This document shows, piece by piece, positions 18,401 to 27,859 of a DNA stretch of 64,000 nt. Under the pieces are notes generated by a model. That model saw only the letters and a program-made list of their open reading frames with translations, had not been told where the DNA came from and searched no databases. Within the stretch, counting starts at the first letter, position 1. The number at the start of each line of letters is the position of its first letter. This stretch comes from a virus (taxonomy: Duplodnaviria; Caudoviricetes), in IMG/VR virus record IMGVR_UViG_3300019374_000291, positions 1-64,000 of that record; one strand, given 5' to 3'. The position numbers and the translations under genes are program-made.

Positions 18401-20334
18401 AGGATCTCACCGAAGCTGATTGCAAGCTCCTGCAACTGTGATTTCAGAATCGTGATCTGACCTGCGAGGTTGTCCTGCATAGTGTCTGCCATGCCCTTTG
18501 CAGAGCCTTCACAGCCGTAAATAGCAGTAGAGAGCTTGTTGTAGTCCTCCTCGCTGGCATTGATGATCGCAAGCATACCCGCCATATTCTGTTTACCGAA
18601 GATAGCGGCTGCCGCCTGCATCTGCTCTGCCTGTGCAAGACCCTCTGTAGTCGTAGACAGTTCCGCAACGATATCATCGAAATCACGTGCGTTGCCCTCT
18701 GCATCTGTCAGTTCTACATTGACCTTGCCCATTTTCTCACGGAGTATACCCATGATATCTCCGAGCGACCGCATATTGCCGTCTGCGTCGGTCATGAGTG
18801 TATTTGCCCCGGCGATCTCCTTTGAGACGCCTTCCTGTTCTTTGGCAAGTGCCTCCTGCGCACGGGCAAGTTTCAGCTGTGCTTTTTCGTAGTTGTTGCT
18901 TGCGATTTGAGCCTGTGAGCTGCCTTCGCCGTACTTGCTGATCGCATCGTTCAGTTTTACCTGTGCATTATCAAGTGAGATCGTCGCATCCTCAACAGCG
19001 TGCTCTGCCTTCTCGACCTTCTCAAAGTCGATTTTCTGAATTGTTTCAGTGCTGATAAAACCGAGCTGCTGCATAGCGGCAGCCTGCTGTTTTGTCGGCT
19101 TTGTGAGGTTTACAAGAGCGTTTTTCAGACTGTTACCAGCCTGAGAACCTTTGATACCTGAATTAGCCATAAGGCCGAGTGCGATAGACAGGTCTTCCGC
19201 AGACGCTCCCATAGAACCGGCGATCGGCGCAACATACTTGAAGGATTCGCCCATGAGAGACACATTGGTATTGGCGTTGGAAGATGCTGCTGCAAGGATA
19301 TCTGCGAAATGTGCAGAATCATCCGCGCTCATACCGAGCGCCGTCAGAGCGTCTGTGACAATATCCGATGTTGTAGCGAGGTCTTCACCGGAAGCTGCAG
19401 CGAGGTTCATAATACCCTCGACACCGTTCAGCATATCCTCGGTTTTCCAGCCTGCCATAGCCATGTAGTTCATAGCGTCGGCGGCTTCCGATGCGGAGAA
19501 TTTTGTCTGAGAACCCATCTCACGGGCTTTTGCACGCAGCGCCTCTAAGTCCTCACCGGTAGCACCGGATACAGCAGAGACTTTGCTCATAGATGCATCA
19601 AAATCCGCTGTCGTTTTGACCGCAGCAGTACTGAGTCCAAGGATCGGCACAGTTACATATTTTGTCAGATTTGTGCCGACTGTAGCGATTTTGTCGCCGA
19701 CCTTTTCGATAGATGCTCCCGCTTCACCGATCTTTACAAGTGCTGTCTGAGAATTTGCGGCTTCCTGCTGCAGGTTTTGCAGTTCCTGTTCCGTATCGAC
19801 AATTTCACGCTGAAGGGCGTCGTACTGCTCCGGGGGGATCGGATGACCGAATTCATCTGACACATCCTTTGCCTGCTGTTTCAAGCCGTTCAGTTCGTCG
19901 GTGGTCTGTTTGATCTCATTTTGCAGGGCATCGTACTTCTCCTGCGAGATCTCACCTTTGGAAAGCTGTTCATCGGCGATCTTGCTCTGCTCTTTCAATT
20001 CCTTGAGTTTTGTTTCAGTCTCACCGATTTTCTGCTTGATAGGGTCATACTTTGCTTTCCACGCATCGTAATTGTCTTTGGTTTTGGCGGCCTGTTCGCT
20101 GGCTTTTTTCAGCGTTTCGAGTTTATCACTGGTCGATGATACGGCATCGGCAAGCAATCGCTGTTTCTGCGACAACAGTTCCGTATTGGTCGGGTCGAGC
20201 TTCAGCAGCTTTTCCACATCCTTGAGCTGTGTCTGCGTGTTTTTGATATTCTTATTGACACCTTCAAGGGCTTTGCTGAGTTTCGTGGTATCGCCGCCGA
20301 TCTCAACGGTAATACCCTTGATTCTGTTTGCCAT
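15457..20334 (-). CDS. Tail tape measure protein (TP901-like core)
   Basis: ~1625 aa; MANRIKGITVEIGGDT start; FDASMSKVSAVSGATG; Trp-periodic repeats; repeated LHFSVPDxGPL. Confidence 0.95.
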   Translation of the reverse strand: MANRIKGITVEIGGDTTKLSKALEGVNKNIKNTQTQLKDVEKLLKLDPTNTELLSQKQRLLADAVSSTSDKLETLKKASEQAAKTKDNYDAWKAKYDPIKQKIGETETKLKELKEQSKIADEQLSKGEISQEKYDALQNEIKQTTDELNGLKQQAKDVSDEFGHPIPPEQYDALQREIVDTEQELQNLQQEAANSQTALVKIGEAGASIEKVGDKIATVGTNLTKYVTVPILGLSTAAVKTTADFDASMSKVSAVSGATGEDLEALRAKAREMGSQTKFSASEAADAMNYMAMAGWKTEDMLNGVEGIMNLAAASGEDLATTSDIVTDALTALGMSADDSAHFADILAAASSNANTNVSLMGESFKYVAPIAGSMGASAEDLSIALGLMANSGIKGSQAGNSLKNALVNLTKPTKQQAAAMQQLGFISTETIQKIDFEKVEKAEHAVEDATISLDNAQVKLNDAISKYGEGSSQAQIASNNYEKAQLKLARAQEALAKEQEGVSKEIAGANTLMTDADGNMRSLGDIMGILREKMGKVNVELTDAEGNARDFDDIVAELSTTTEGLAQAEQMQAAAAIFGKQNMAGMLAIINASEEDYNKLSTAIYGCEGSAKGMADTMQDNLAGQITILKSQLQELAISFGEILMPAIRSIVSKIQALIDKFNAMSPATKETIVKIELVAAALGPLLLVIGKTMVGIGKLMQLVANLPSMIAGAKAAFSSFGAAIGGISAPVVAVIAVIAALVAAFVHLWRTNEDFRNKITAIWEQIKSIFSGFCQGIVDRINALGFDFKNITEVIKAVWDGLCKFLKPVFEGQFQQIANIFKAVTDIILSVLDIFVGIFTGDWNRVWDGIKGIFSAVWNFIKDTLKNALNMICGIFGTDLGEVKDFWVGVWTSIKNFFVNIWNGIKSFITGILNGIKNFFTTIWTGIKNFFVGIWTSIYNSVAEKINLIKTVITVVWNAIHTAISTVLNAIWSVITTVWQTIYDFISPLLDAFRYLFETIFEAIHVIISRVMDWIHEKITTTWETIKAVVTIVLEGIKTFFETIWNAISTTVSTVMDTISNVISTVWNAISGFISGILNTIWSVISSIWESIKNHITNTLNAIHAVVSAVWNAISGFISSVLNAISTTISNIWNGIKNTVSTVMNAIKNTVSNIWNSVKSAVTEKITAIKDTIVNGFNAAVNFIKNLGSQAFQWGADIINNIVSGIKNCIGKVADAVKGVANKIKSFLHFSVPDEGPLADFESWMPDFMQGLADGINQNAGVVGDAVNGFAGNLAETISTVIKNALSNVVTAVQGFMEQVFDTVKTVWANANTAIDATMSQIKNGITSGWKAVVSVVTTALDNIKKVIATTWKAAASVIEAALNGIKKIVTAVWTAMKTLINTGQLDIKNVISTTWNAAKDVVNTALNGIKAVVQSVWNAMPDIVRNPMNQVKDAVLSIWDNIRNGIGERLGGVRDAVNNAMRAVYDAVMDKVNSSWSWGRDLMQNLINGLNYMLGNLINTVADVARAISDYLHFSVPDKGPLTEFESWMPDFMKGLADGINKSKKYVEKAISGVADAMTIAMNSDFNVDMSGVTGAMVGAGGTTVVNNYNNDNSRTVNQTNNSPKSLSRLEIYRMTRNALNV

Positions 20335-20376
20335 GCGGATCACCTGCCTTCCTTACAAAAAAATCTGAAAAATAGG

Positions 20377-20405
20377 TTGAATTTATCCTAAAAGTGTGGT
20401 ATACT
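20377..20405 (+). promoter_or_regulatory. Promoter of the phd-doc operon with an overlapping imperfect palindrome
   Basis: TTGAAT-17bp-TATACT; TAGG...CCTA inverted repeat over the -35. Confidence 0.65.
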
Positions 20406-20424
20406 ATAAGTGGGAGGTGTTAGC

Positions 20425-20667
20425 ATGAAAATTGATACCAACACTATTGTTTCGATGACCGAAGCTAACCAGAATTTTTCCAAGGTTGCAAGACTGGTAG
20501 ATCAGTTCGGCTCCGCTGTTATCCTGAAAAATAACACTCCTCGCTATCTTGTGGTGGAGTTTCAGGAAGCTGATGCACTGCAGGATGCAGACAGCGATGA
20601 GGTCGCAGAGATCTCCAAGAGACTGCTTGCAAGAAATGCCGCTATCTATGAGGAACTCGCCAAATGA
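20425..20667 (+). CDS. phd: Phd/YefM-family antitoxin
   Basis: VSMTEANQNFSKVARLVD...VILKNNTPRYLV; stop overlaps the doc start. Confidence 0.85.
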   Translation: MKIDTNTIVSMTEANQNFSKVARLVDQFGSAVILKNNTPRYLVVEFQEADALQDADSDEVAEISKRLLARNAAIYEELAK

Positions 20668-21041
20668 AACGACTAACGAAAGAACAGATCATGATGCTCC
20701 ACAGAGCATTAATAGCCGAATCAGGCGGCTCTGTGGAGATTCGTGATGAAGGGCTGCTTGATTCAGCTATAAATGCTCCGTTTCAGACATTCGGCGGTGA
20801 CGAGTTATATCCGTCTCTTCTTGAAAAAGCATCCCGCCTTGGATTCGGGCTTATAAAAAATCATCCTTTTGTAGACGGTAATAAAAGAATTGGTACACAC
20901 GCTATGCTTGTCTTTCTTGCAGTCAATCATATTGAACTGCAATATGAGGACTTAGAACTTATCCATCTTATACTCGGCATTGCTGCGGGTGAATTTGACG
21001 AGGCATATTTATTAGCGTGGTTACAGCAGCATATAGACTAA
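20664..21041 (+). CDS. doc: Doc/Fic-family toxin
   Basis: HPFVDGNKR motif; IRDEGLLDSA. Confidence 0.9.
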   Translation: MKRLTKEQIMMLHRALIAESGGSVEIRDEGLLDSAINAPFQTFGGDELYPSLLEKASRLGFGLIKNHPFVDGNKRIGTHAMLVFLAVNHIELQYEDLELIHLILGIAAGEFDEAYLLAWLQQHID

Positions 21042-21736
21042 AAGCATTTGCCTGAGAGAGACTTCAATGTCTCTTTCAGGCTTTTGTGTTTCAGCTTCCT
21101 CGGCTCAAATCCTATGGCATCGTAAAAGATGTGCATGATAAAACCCGCACCGAAAATAGACAGCAGTGTTCCGATACCGACAGAGCCGCCAAGCATCCAA
21201 CCGATCAGTGTAACTACCGACCACAGCAGTACCCCGATCATGCCGATGGGTATTTTCGGCAGCTTTTTGCCCATAACAATCATCAGACCGTCCTTCGGAC
21301 CGCTGCCGAGTTCCGCCGACATATACACATAGATGCCGAGATCAATAATCAGAAAGCCGATTAACAGCAGAACGATTCCGAGCAGCGTACTATGGTTTTC
21401 GGGATACGGGGAAATGTCGATGAACAACTGCGTGAGTCGTCCGGTAATCAGTGCATCGAGAATCGTTGCAAAACCAATGCGTTCCTGGAACAGAAGCTGT
21501 ATCAGAATTGCCGCGACAGATACCAGCACCATAGTGCTGCCGTAGTTCAGCGGTGTATACTGTGATATTCCCATGCAGAAGCAGTCCCACGGTGCCAGCC
21601 CTATATTCGCTGCAATGGTCAGATACACGCCGAAAGAGTATATAAGCAGTCCACAAAGAGTCTGTAATATGCTCCGCAATACACGGATACGGGTATCAGA
21701 AGGAGTCGAAGTCATCCTGCGTTGCCTTGTATTCAT
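21038..21736 (-). CDS. YczE/YitT-like membrane protein (start uncertain)
   Basis: Two repeats ANIGLAPWD / AELGSGPKDGL; VGIGTLL; several TM segments. Confidence 0.75.
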   Translation of the reverse strand: MNTRQRRMTSTPSDTRIRVLRSILQTLCGLLIYSFGVYLTIAANIGLAPWDCFCMGISQYTPLNYGSTMVLVSVAAILIQLLFQERIGFATILDALITGRLTQLFIDISPYPENHSTLLGIVLLLIGFLIIDLGIYVYMSAELGSGPKDGLMIVMGKKLPKIPIGMIGVLLWSVVTLIGWMLGGSVGIGTLLSIFGAGFIMHIFYDAIGFEPRKLKHKSLKETLKSLSGKCF

Positions 21737-21860
21737 ATGAAATATCATCATTATCCTTTTCAATGAACATTTCGTTGACCATTCCGATGGTGAGCAGATC
21801 AAGGTCAGATAAACTCAGCCCGATCTGCACACATCGGAGAAGGAACAACGGCGTTGTCAT
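21696..21860 (-). CDS. C-terminal tail assembly chaperone segment (-1 frame, lambda gpT-like)
   Basis: MTTPLFLLRCVQIGLSLSDLDLLTIGMVNEMFIEKDNDDISYEYKATQDDFDSF*; in -1 frame and open back through the A9 run at 21882-21890. Confidence 0.75.
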   Translation of the reverse strand: MTTPLFLLRCVQIGLSLSDLDLLTIGMVNEMFIEKDNDDISYEYKATQDDFDSF

Positions 21861-22237
21861 CTCGCGGTCAACTGGGCGAGATTTTTTTTTGACTCCGCCT
21901 GCGTCTCAAGATTCACGCCCCAGAGTTCAAAAAGCTGCGGCAGCACTTCGTAGATGGAGAAGGTATTGAACTGTTCGAGCCACTCGTCGGGGCTGTCCGG
22001 CACATTTTCCGGATCGGCGTGCTTGGCCATTGTCCATGCGATATTCTCGAAAACCTCAAGGCTCTCGATACCGAGACCGGAATTCTCCTCATCGCTCTCG
22101 TCAACAGAATCCTTCAGCGCAGAGAAATCCTTGAAGATGTCCTTGCGGAACTTTGCACGGTAAAGGCGAGGCAGTGTTGCGCTCGCCTTGAAAGGAACCT
22201 CGATACCGTCAACAGTAATGATTTTTTTGATAGCCAT
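21857..22237 (-). CDS. Tail assembly chaperone (gpG-like)
   Basis: Follows the major tail gene; ends ESKKNLAQLTAR over a slippery A-run. Confidence 0.8.
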   Translation of the reverse strand: MAIKKIITVDGIEVPFKASATLPRLYRAKFRKDIFKDFSALKDSVDESDEENSGLGIESLEVFENIAWTMAKHADPENVPDSPDEWLEQFNTFSIYEVLPQLFELWGVNLETQAESKKNLAQLTAR

Positions 22238-22254
22238 ATTCGTTCTCCTCCGAA

Positions 22255-22905
22255 TCAGTCAGTAGTGGTTGCTGCGGTTGTGCTGCCGCCCTTGGTGCTG
22301 CTTGTCGAACGTGTACCGGTGCTGTTGTTGGTGGTTGCTGCAATCGGGATATAGACGGCGTTGTACCAGTTGTTGTAGGTGGTCTCATCTGTGCTTTCAC
22401 AGGTCTTGGACTTTACCAGACCGGAAGGCAGCGCAGAAGCCTTCAGCGACAGTGTCTCTGTCTTGACCTCCTTGCTCTCCTCAGTGGTCTGACCCTCAGT
22501 TGCAGGACGGGATGCAGAGCAGCAGTACAGCACATGACGGATGTGATTCTTATCTCCGTCAAACTCGAACAAAAGCGCGAACTGCGATGTTTCGGCATCG
22601 TTGCGTTCCACAAGGACACCCTTGCTGTCGAGCTGTTCACCGAGGATATCGGTTGCGAAATCGGTGGTGATGAGAGCAATTTCGAGGTCACCCTCATAGC
22701 CTGCGTTGTTGTTGATAACGTAGTAAACGGTGTTATCGGCGTAGAAGTTGTCGTTCTCGCCGTTTGCGTCAATGCTCAGCGAAACAGCACCGGGCAGACG
22801 CACAGGCGTTGCAAATGTCGGAACACCGTCATCACTCCATGCTGTGATCTTTGCCCAGTGAACCTTGTTCAGACCGAACTTGACCTTGTTTTTCTTCAGA
22901 GCCAT
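22255..22905 (-). CDS. Major tail protein (phi13 family)
   Basis: KNKVKFGLNKVH, PGAVSLS, FYADN, FALLFEFDGD. Confidence 0.9.
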   Translation of the reverse strand: MALKKNKVKFGLNKVHWAKITAWSDDGVPTFATPVRLPGAVSLSIDANGENDNFYADNTVYYVINNNAGYEGDLEIALITTDFATDILGEQLDSKGVLVERNDAETSQFALLFEFDGDKNHIRHVLYCCSASRPATEGQTTEESKEVKTETLSLKASALPSGLVKSKTCESTDETTYNNWYNAVYIPIAATTNNSTGTRSTSSTKGGSTTAATTTD

Positions 22906-22907
22906 AT

Positions 22908-23225
22908 TCATACCTCCAATGTGTACAGGACCTCATAGAGCCGTTCGCTCTCGATCCATGTTTCGGATTTTGTATAATAAATGTTGTGCTGATGCAGCAC
23001 TTCCTCCACACGCTCCTCCGCATCCGGGGATTTTTCATCGGTGTACAGTTCAATATGCAGCCGCTTGAAGCTGACATACATCAGGTTATCCGCACCGAAT
23101 GTATTTTCACCGGGAGACAGAAACAGCGTGAACGGAGGATCCGGGCTTTCACCCTCTGCGAAGTGATGATACGCAAAGGGCAGCCCGATCTCCTGCATCA
23201 TCTCGGATATTTCCTCGTAGGTCAC
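22908..23225 (-). CDS. Tail terminator/completion protein
   Basis: GLPFAYHHF...IELYTDEK...WIESERLYEVLY; position. Confidence 0.7.
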   Translation of the reverse strand: MTYEEISEMMQEIGLPFAYHHFAEGESPDPPFTLFLSPGENTFGADNLMYVSFKRLHIELYTDEKSPDAEERVEEVLHQHNIYYTKSETWIESERLYEVLYTLEV

Positions 23226-23590
23226 GATAACTCCTTTTTAATGAGCGTTTCGAGCATATCCGCACCGTTTGCCTCAGCAGGTGCAATATGCGGGATAGCC
23301 GCCACACGTCCGCCGCCGCGCTTTGCATGACCGTGTTCGAGCAGATGTGCAATCTGATAGCGGTCTTTGCTGTGGACGGTCATTTCCAGTGTGTGGCTGT
23401 TTTCCTTGGTTTTCTTAGCTGTCCAGCTTCGCTTGTAGCGGCCTGACTTCACAGGAGCGTTTGCAGAGATCTCATTTTTGACGGCGGTCGCTGTCTTTCT
23501 TACAGCTTTTTTCATAGCGGCATCTGCAAGATCAGCATATTCCTCCAGTCCCTCCATGATCGCCGAAGCCATATCGTCAATAGATGTCAT
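23222..23590 (-). CDS. HK97 gp10-like neck protein
   Basis: APVKSGRYKRSW, AHLLEHGHA, PHIAPA. Confidence 0.85.
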   Translation of the reverse strand: MTSIDDMASAIMEGLEEYADLADAAMKKAVRKTATAVKNEISANAPVKSGRYKRSWTAKKTKENSHTLEMTVHSKDRYQIAHLLEHGHAKRGGGRVAAIPHIAPAEANGADMLETLIKKELS

Positions 23591-23942
23591 CCTTTGATCC
23601 CGCCCTTCGTGATTCGCAGATCAGCTTCATATAGTCCTGCGATGTGTAATTAGGAACAATGCCCTTGATATCGTAGTCGATGCCATCGAACCGGATTCTA
23701 TACACAGTAGAGCCCATTTTCTTTGTCTGCGGCGTCTGCCGGATTGTTACCTCGATACGTTGTATCTCTCTGGTGACTCCGGTGTTTGTCTCCTCAGATG
23801 CAGAGCCTTGTGTATTGCCGACCGTCACAGAAGCCCAGAGGGAGAACGCCTCCTCCCACTGAGCCTTGTGATTTCCGATCGCATCTTTTTTGACATGATT
23901 TTCAAGGACGGCGATCCGCTGATTCAGTTTCCCGATCTCCAT
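23577..23942 (-). CDS. Head closure protein (SPP1 gp16-like)
   Basis: IGKLNQRI...DAIGN...WASV; position. Confidence 0.8.
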   Translation of the reverse strand: MEIGKLNQRIAVLENHVKKDAIGNHKAQWEEAFSLWASVTVGNTQGSASEETNTGVTREIQRIEVTIRQTPQTKKMGSTVYRIRFDGIDYDIKGIVPNYTSQDYMKLICESRRAGSKDDIY

Positions 23943-24220
23943 TAGACCACGCCCTCTCTTTGTGCGAATAACAACGCCCTGAGTGTCAGCGTCAGCGCAT
24001 GATAATCAGCAGTATTGCGGTTTTCATAGAGGTAAGAAACAGTATACAGCATAGCCTGCCGGGAGGTTTCCTCATTTTCCGCGAGTTGCTTTTCATTCAT
24101 TCTGCCAACATCCATCACGAGCCGCTGCGCCGTATCGATCAGAGTGAGGATGAGCTTGTCATCCTCACAGTGGTCAACACGGAGGTAGTTTTTTGTTTCA
24201 GGCAGTGAGATCAGATTCAC
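23942..24220 (-). CDS. Head-tail connector (HK97 gp6-like)
   Basis: KNYLRVDHCEDDKLI...YLYENR. Confidence 0.85.
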   Translation of the reverse strand: MNLISLPETKNYLRVDHCEDDKLILTLIDTAQRLVMDVGRMNEKQLAENEETSRQAMLYTVSYLYENRNTADYHALTLTLRALLFAQREGVV

Positions 24221-24240
24221 TTATCTGCCCTCCGTTCTTA

Positions 24241-25491
24241 TCAGCCGTTGCCGCCGGTATTACCGCCAGTAGTGCCGCCGGTCGCTGCCTTGGTACCTGC
24301 CATCTTGAGAACCTTAACGGACTCAGGAAGGATGAGACGACCGTCCACACGCTGTGTGGTAAGGAAGCCGACCTGATCGGTGCGGGCATACAGCTCGTTC
24401 AGACGGCGGAAGGTGCGGTTCTGACGGTCAGCCACCCAGTAGTTCTTCATATCACCAAAGAGGAGAACACGCTCGCCCTTTGCGATACCCGGCATGAAGG
24501 AAGAGGTGCGGATTGGTCTGCCGAGCAGTGTATCCGGCTTTGCGATGTCGAGTGACGGCTTCCAGAGGTAGTTGTCGTTCTTGTCCTTGAGCTTCATGAG
24601 CTGAAGGAGGATAGTCTCGTTGCAGACGAACTGTGCGTTTCTGCGGTAGGGAGACTTCAGGCTGTAGTAGAGATCAAAGATCTCATCGAAGGTGATCGCA
24701 GTCTGGGATGCCGCAGTAACACCAAGCTCTGCACCGCCGGTCTCATCGAGAATACCGAGAGGCTTTTTGTCGCCGTCACCGGTGAAGAAGGCACGCTCCT
24801 CGGCATTGCCCATTGCAACACCAAAACGAGCAGCGATATACGATGCGAGGTCAAAAGCGGAATCGTGCAGAAGCTCGTTGCTGATCTTGATCATCGTGCC
24901 GAGCTTGTATGCGGAGAGAGTGGTCTGACCGAATCTGGTGTCAGTCTCCGGGATCTCCTCACCCTCATCGATCCACTGCGCCTCCATTGTATCGTTCGCA
25001 ATAGGGATCTTGCGGGTGCCGGAATTGGTCTTGATGACCGTTGCCATCTGGCGGAAGATGTTGTTCTCCTCAAGTGCCTGAATCAGTCTGCGCTCGAATT
25101 CGTCAGGCACAGTGTAGCCGCCCTCGGTGTCCTCACCGACAGAGAGCGCGTTGCGGACTGCAAGCTGATCGCCCTTGTTGCGGATCATATCCCAGAAGGC
25201 GGACTTGTACTCGTCGGTTACGGTCGGGTTGGTGGGCGGTGTATTCTTTGTGCCGGGAGCATTGGTGACGGGCTTGCTGGTCGGCGCGGAAAGCGCCGCA
25301 TCGAGGGCTGCCTGCTGCTCGAGACGCTCGATTTCTGCGCCGAGAGCCTGCACCTCACCGGCCATTTTGTTGTACTGCTCCACTGCGGAAGCCTCCACGA
25401 GACCGTTCTCACCACGGTGCTTTTCGAGGAAGTTCTTTGTCTGCTCCCACAGGGTATTACGCTTACTGCGAAGTTCCATGATCTTGCTCAT
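24241..25491 (-). CDS. HK97-fold major capsid protein
   Basis: N-terminal coiled-coil delta domain, EGGYTVP, ISNELLHDS, LKDKNDNYLW, RVDGRL. Confidence 0.95.
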   Translation of the reverse strand: MSKIMELRSKRNTLWEQTKNFLEKHRGENGLVEASAVEQYNKMAGEVQALGAEIERLEQQAALDAALSAPTSKPVTNAPGTKNTPPTNPTVTDEYKSAFWDMIRNKGDQLAVRNALSVGEDTEGGYTVPDEFERRLIQALEENNIFRQMATVIKTNSGTRKIPIANDTMEAQWIDEGEEIPETDTRFGQTTLSAYKLGTMIKISNELLHDSAFDLASYIAARFGVAMGNAEERAFFTGDGDKKPLGILDETGGAELGVTAASQTAITFDEIFDLYYSLKSPYRRNAQFVCNETILLQLMKLKDKNDNYLWKPSLDIAKPDTLLGRPIRTSSFMPGIAKGERVLLFGDMKNYWVADRQNRTFRRLNELYARTDQVGFLTTQRVDGRLILPESVKVLKMAGTKAATGGTTGGNTGGNG

Positions 25492-25546
25492 ATCTTTTCT
25501 CCATTTCTCCGGATAAAATCCGGTGTAGCATAAAAATACAGCCTGC

Positions 25547-26476
25547 TTATCTCAGAAAAGCAAGCTGCTGTTTCAGAATTTCATACGGCATAGAGCCGTC
25601 TGTGGTTTTACCGTCCATACCAATCACAGGCATATCCGGCACTGTAACTGTCGGTGCGGTCAGCCCTTCCTCGGAAGGTTTCTGTGCATCATCTGCCTTG
25701 CCGTCATCGGGCGGCTCTGTGCCTTCGGGTGCTGCGGAAGCGGTGATCTTTCCCAGAATGGTCTGCCCCATGACACGGGTACTGTACTCCCAAAGGGCAT
25801 CGCCGGTGTCCAGCTTGAACGGCTTCTTTTCGGTCTCTTTCTTTTCATCGCCCTCATCGTCACCGCCTTCCTGATCGGGCTTATCAGGCTCGTCCGGATC
25901 GTCAGGCTCATCATCCTTCTTGTCCGGCTCGGGCTTTTCATCGAACAGAATCTCATCTGCAAAGCCCAGCTCGACCGCCTTTTTCGCATTGATCCATGTC
26001 TCATCGGACATGAGCTTGCTGATGCGGTTTCTGCTGAGTCCGGTTTTTGCCGCATATGCGTTGATGATGCTCTCCTTGACCTCGTTCAGCGTAGCAATGG
26101 CTTTTTCCATGTCCTTGGCATTGCCGAAAGCAATGGTAGATGGGTCATGGATCATGAGAAGAGCGGTGGGAGACATCTGGACAGTATTGCCCGCCATTGC
26201 GATCACAGATGCCGCCGATGCAGCGATGCTTGCGATGCGCACAGTGACATTGTGCGGATAGTCACGGATCATTGTGTAGATCTCTGCAGCGGCGAAGACG
26301 TTGCCGCCCGGCGAATTGATCCAGAGCGTGAGGTCGCCGTCTTCGGCATACAGCTCATCTCTGAAATCCTGCGGTGTGATCTCGTCACCCCAGAAGGAAT
26401 CCGAGTCGATTGGTCCCTCCAGGCGGAGCACTCTGCCGCCGCTGTCATCGTGAATATAGTCCCAGAATTTCGGCAT
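25547..26476 (-). CDS. ClpP-type prohead protease
   Basis: INSPGGNVF, AASAASVIAMAG, MIHDP, ETWINAKKAVELGFAD. Confidence 0.92.
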   Translation of the reverse strand: MPKFWDYIHDDSGGRVLRLEGPIDSDSFWGDEITPQDFRDELYAEDGDLTLWINSPGGNVFAAAEIYTMIRDYPHNVTVRIASIAASAASVIAMAGNTVQMSPTALLMIHDPSTIAFGNAKDMEKAIATLNEVKESIINAYAAKTGLSRNRISKLMSDETWINAKKAVELGFADEILFDEKPEPDKKDDEPDDPDEPDKPDQEGGDDEGDEKKETEKKPFKLDTGDALWEYSTRVMGQTILGKITASAAPEGTEPPDDGKADDAQKPSEEGLTAPTVTVPDMPVIGMDGKTTDGSMPYEILKQQLAFLR

Positions 26477-27847
26477 TTACATCCCTCCGTTTCGTACTTT
26501 CTTCCTGCGCCTTTTTCGCAGGAATCTGTCATCGGTCGATTCTTCATCCGTTTCGTCCTGTTCCTCTGTATCTGTCTGCTCCGGCTCGTCCAAGTCGTAT
26601 GCGGCACCTGCATCCTGCAGCTTGTTATAACTGCCGTTGAGGTAATAATCATCACCGCCGAGATCGTGCGGAATAAGATCCATGTTTTCAAGCCTGCGCA
26701 CATCATTCGGGCTCATAAAGCCGTTGCCGACACCGATCGCATAAGCGTTCATTCTGCTCTGATAGTCGCCGCGCATCAGGCCGTCCACATTGAATTTCGG
26801 AAAATATACATCCTGTTCCTCCTCCAGCAGAAGGTCTTTGATGATGCCTTTTTCAATGCGGATGATCCAAGGCATAAGCGAATATTGCACGAATGCGATA
26901 CCCTGATGCTCGATGTTATTGAAGGTGCTGCGTTTCAGATCCTGTACCAGATGGGGCGGAACCTGAAACATTCGGCATATTTCCTCCACATCGAATTCAC
27001 GGGTGGATAGGAACTGTGAATCCTCCGGCGGCAGCGAGATCGGCTTATACTGCATACCTTCTTCGAGAACGGCGATACGGTGCGCATTGCGGGAACCGCC
27101 GTACACTCTCGTCCAGTTTTCACGGATCTTTTCGGGATTTTTCAGCACACCGGGGTGCTCCAGAACACCGGCAGGCTGCGCTCCGTTTTTGAAGAAGGCA
27201 CTGCCGTAACGCTCCACCGCCATTGCTGCGCCCAGCGCATTTTTCATCATCGCAATGGGTGAAAATCCCACAAGACCGTTGAAACCCAGACCGGGAATGT
27301 GCAGTATCTCATCTCGCTGAAAGATGATATCCTTGTCATGCTCACCGGGCTTTTCATCGGTGTATGCGTGGTAGGTGTAGATCAGGTCACCGCTTTTCGG
27401 GTCACGGTCGATCTCCACGTTCTCGGGGAGAAGCGGATACAGACCGACGATACCGTTCTTGCCGTCACGGACGATCTGTGCATAGGCGTTGCCCCAGAGC
27501 AGCAGATGACACATCAGCGCTTCCCAGAATGAGAATGAACTCATTTCGGGATTTGGCTGCCGATACAAGATTTTATACAGCGGATGATCGGTAGCGCGTT
27601 CCTTATCCTCACCGGCACCTGTATATCTGTACAGATGCAGCGGAAGCCCTGCGATGGTATTTGACAATAGTCTCACGCAGGCGTATACGGTAACGATCTG
27701 CATTGCCGTTCGTTCGTCAACACGCTCTCCGCTGTGCGTCATGCCGAATACAAACAGATTACCGGAATCACGGACATTGTCACGGATATCCGGCAATGAC
27801 GGTGCGTCTCTCGGCTTGCTGATGCCAAGCCAGCTTAGTAAGCCCAT
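26477..27847 (-). CDS. HK97-family portal protein
   Basis: VYACVRLLS, LLWGNAY, GFSPI, FQVPPHLV, TFNNIEHQ. Confidence 0.95.
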   Translation of the reverse strand: MGLLSWLGISKPRDAPSLPDIRDNVRDSGNLFVFGMTHSGERVDERTAMQIVTVYACVRLLSNTIAGLPLHLYRYTGAGEDKERATDHPLYKILYRQPNPEMSSFSFWEALMCHLLLWGNAYAQIVRDGKNGIVGLYPLLPENVEIDRDPKSGDLIYTYHAYTDEKPGEHDKDIIFQRDEILHIPGLGFNGLVGFSPIAMMKNALGAAMAVERYGSAFFKNGAQPAGVLEHPGVLKNPEKIRENWTRVYGGSRNAHRIAVLEEGMQYKPISLPPEDSQFLSTREFDVEEICRMFQVPPHLVQDLKRSTFNNIEHQGIAFVQYSLMPWIIRIEKGIIKDLLLEEEQDVYFPKFNVDGLMRGDYQSRMNAYAIGVGNGFMSPNDVRRLENMDLIPHDLGGDDYYLNGSYNKLQDAGAAYDLDEPEQTDTEEQDETDEESTDDRFLRKRRRKKVRNGGM

Positions 27848-27859
27848 ATATATTACCTC

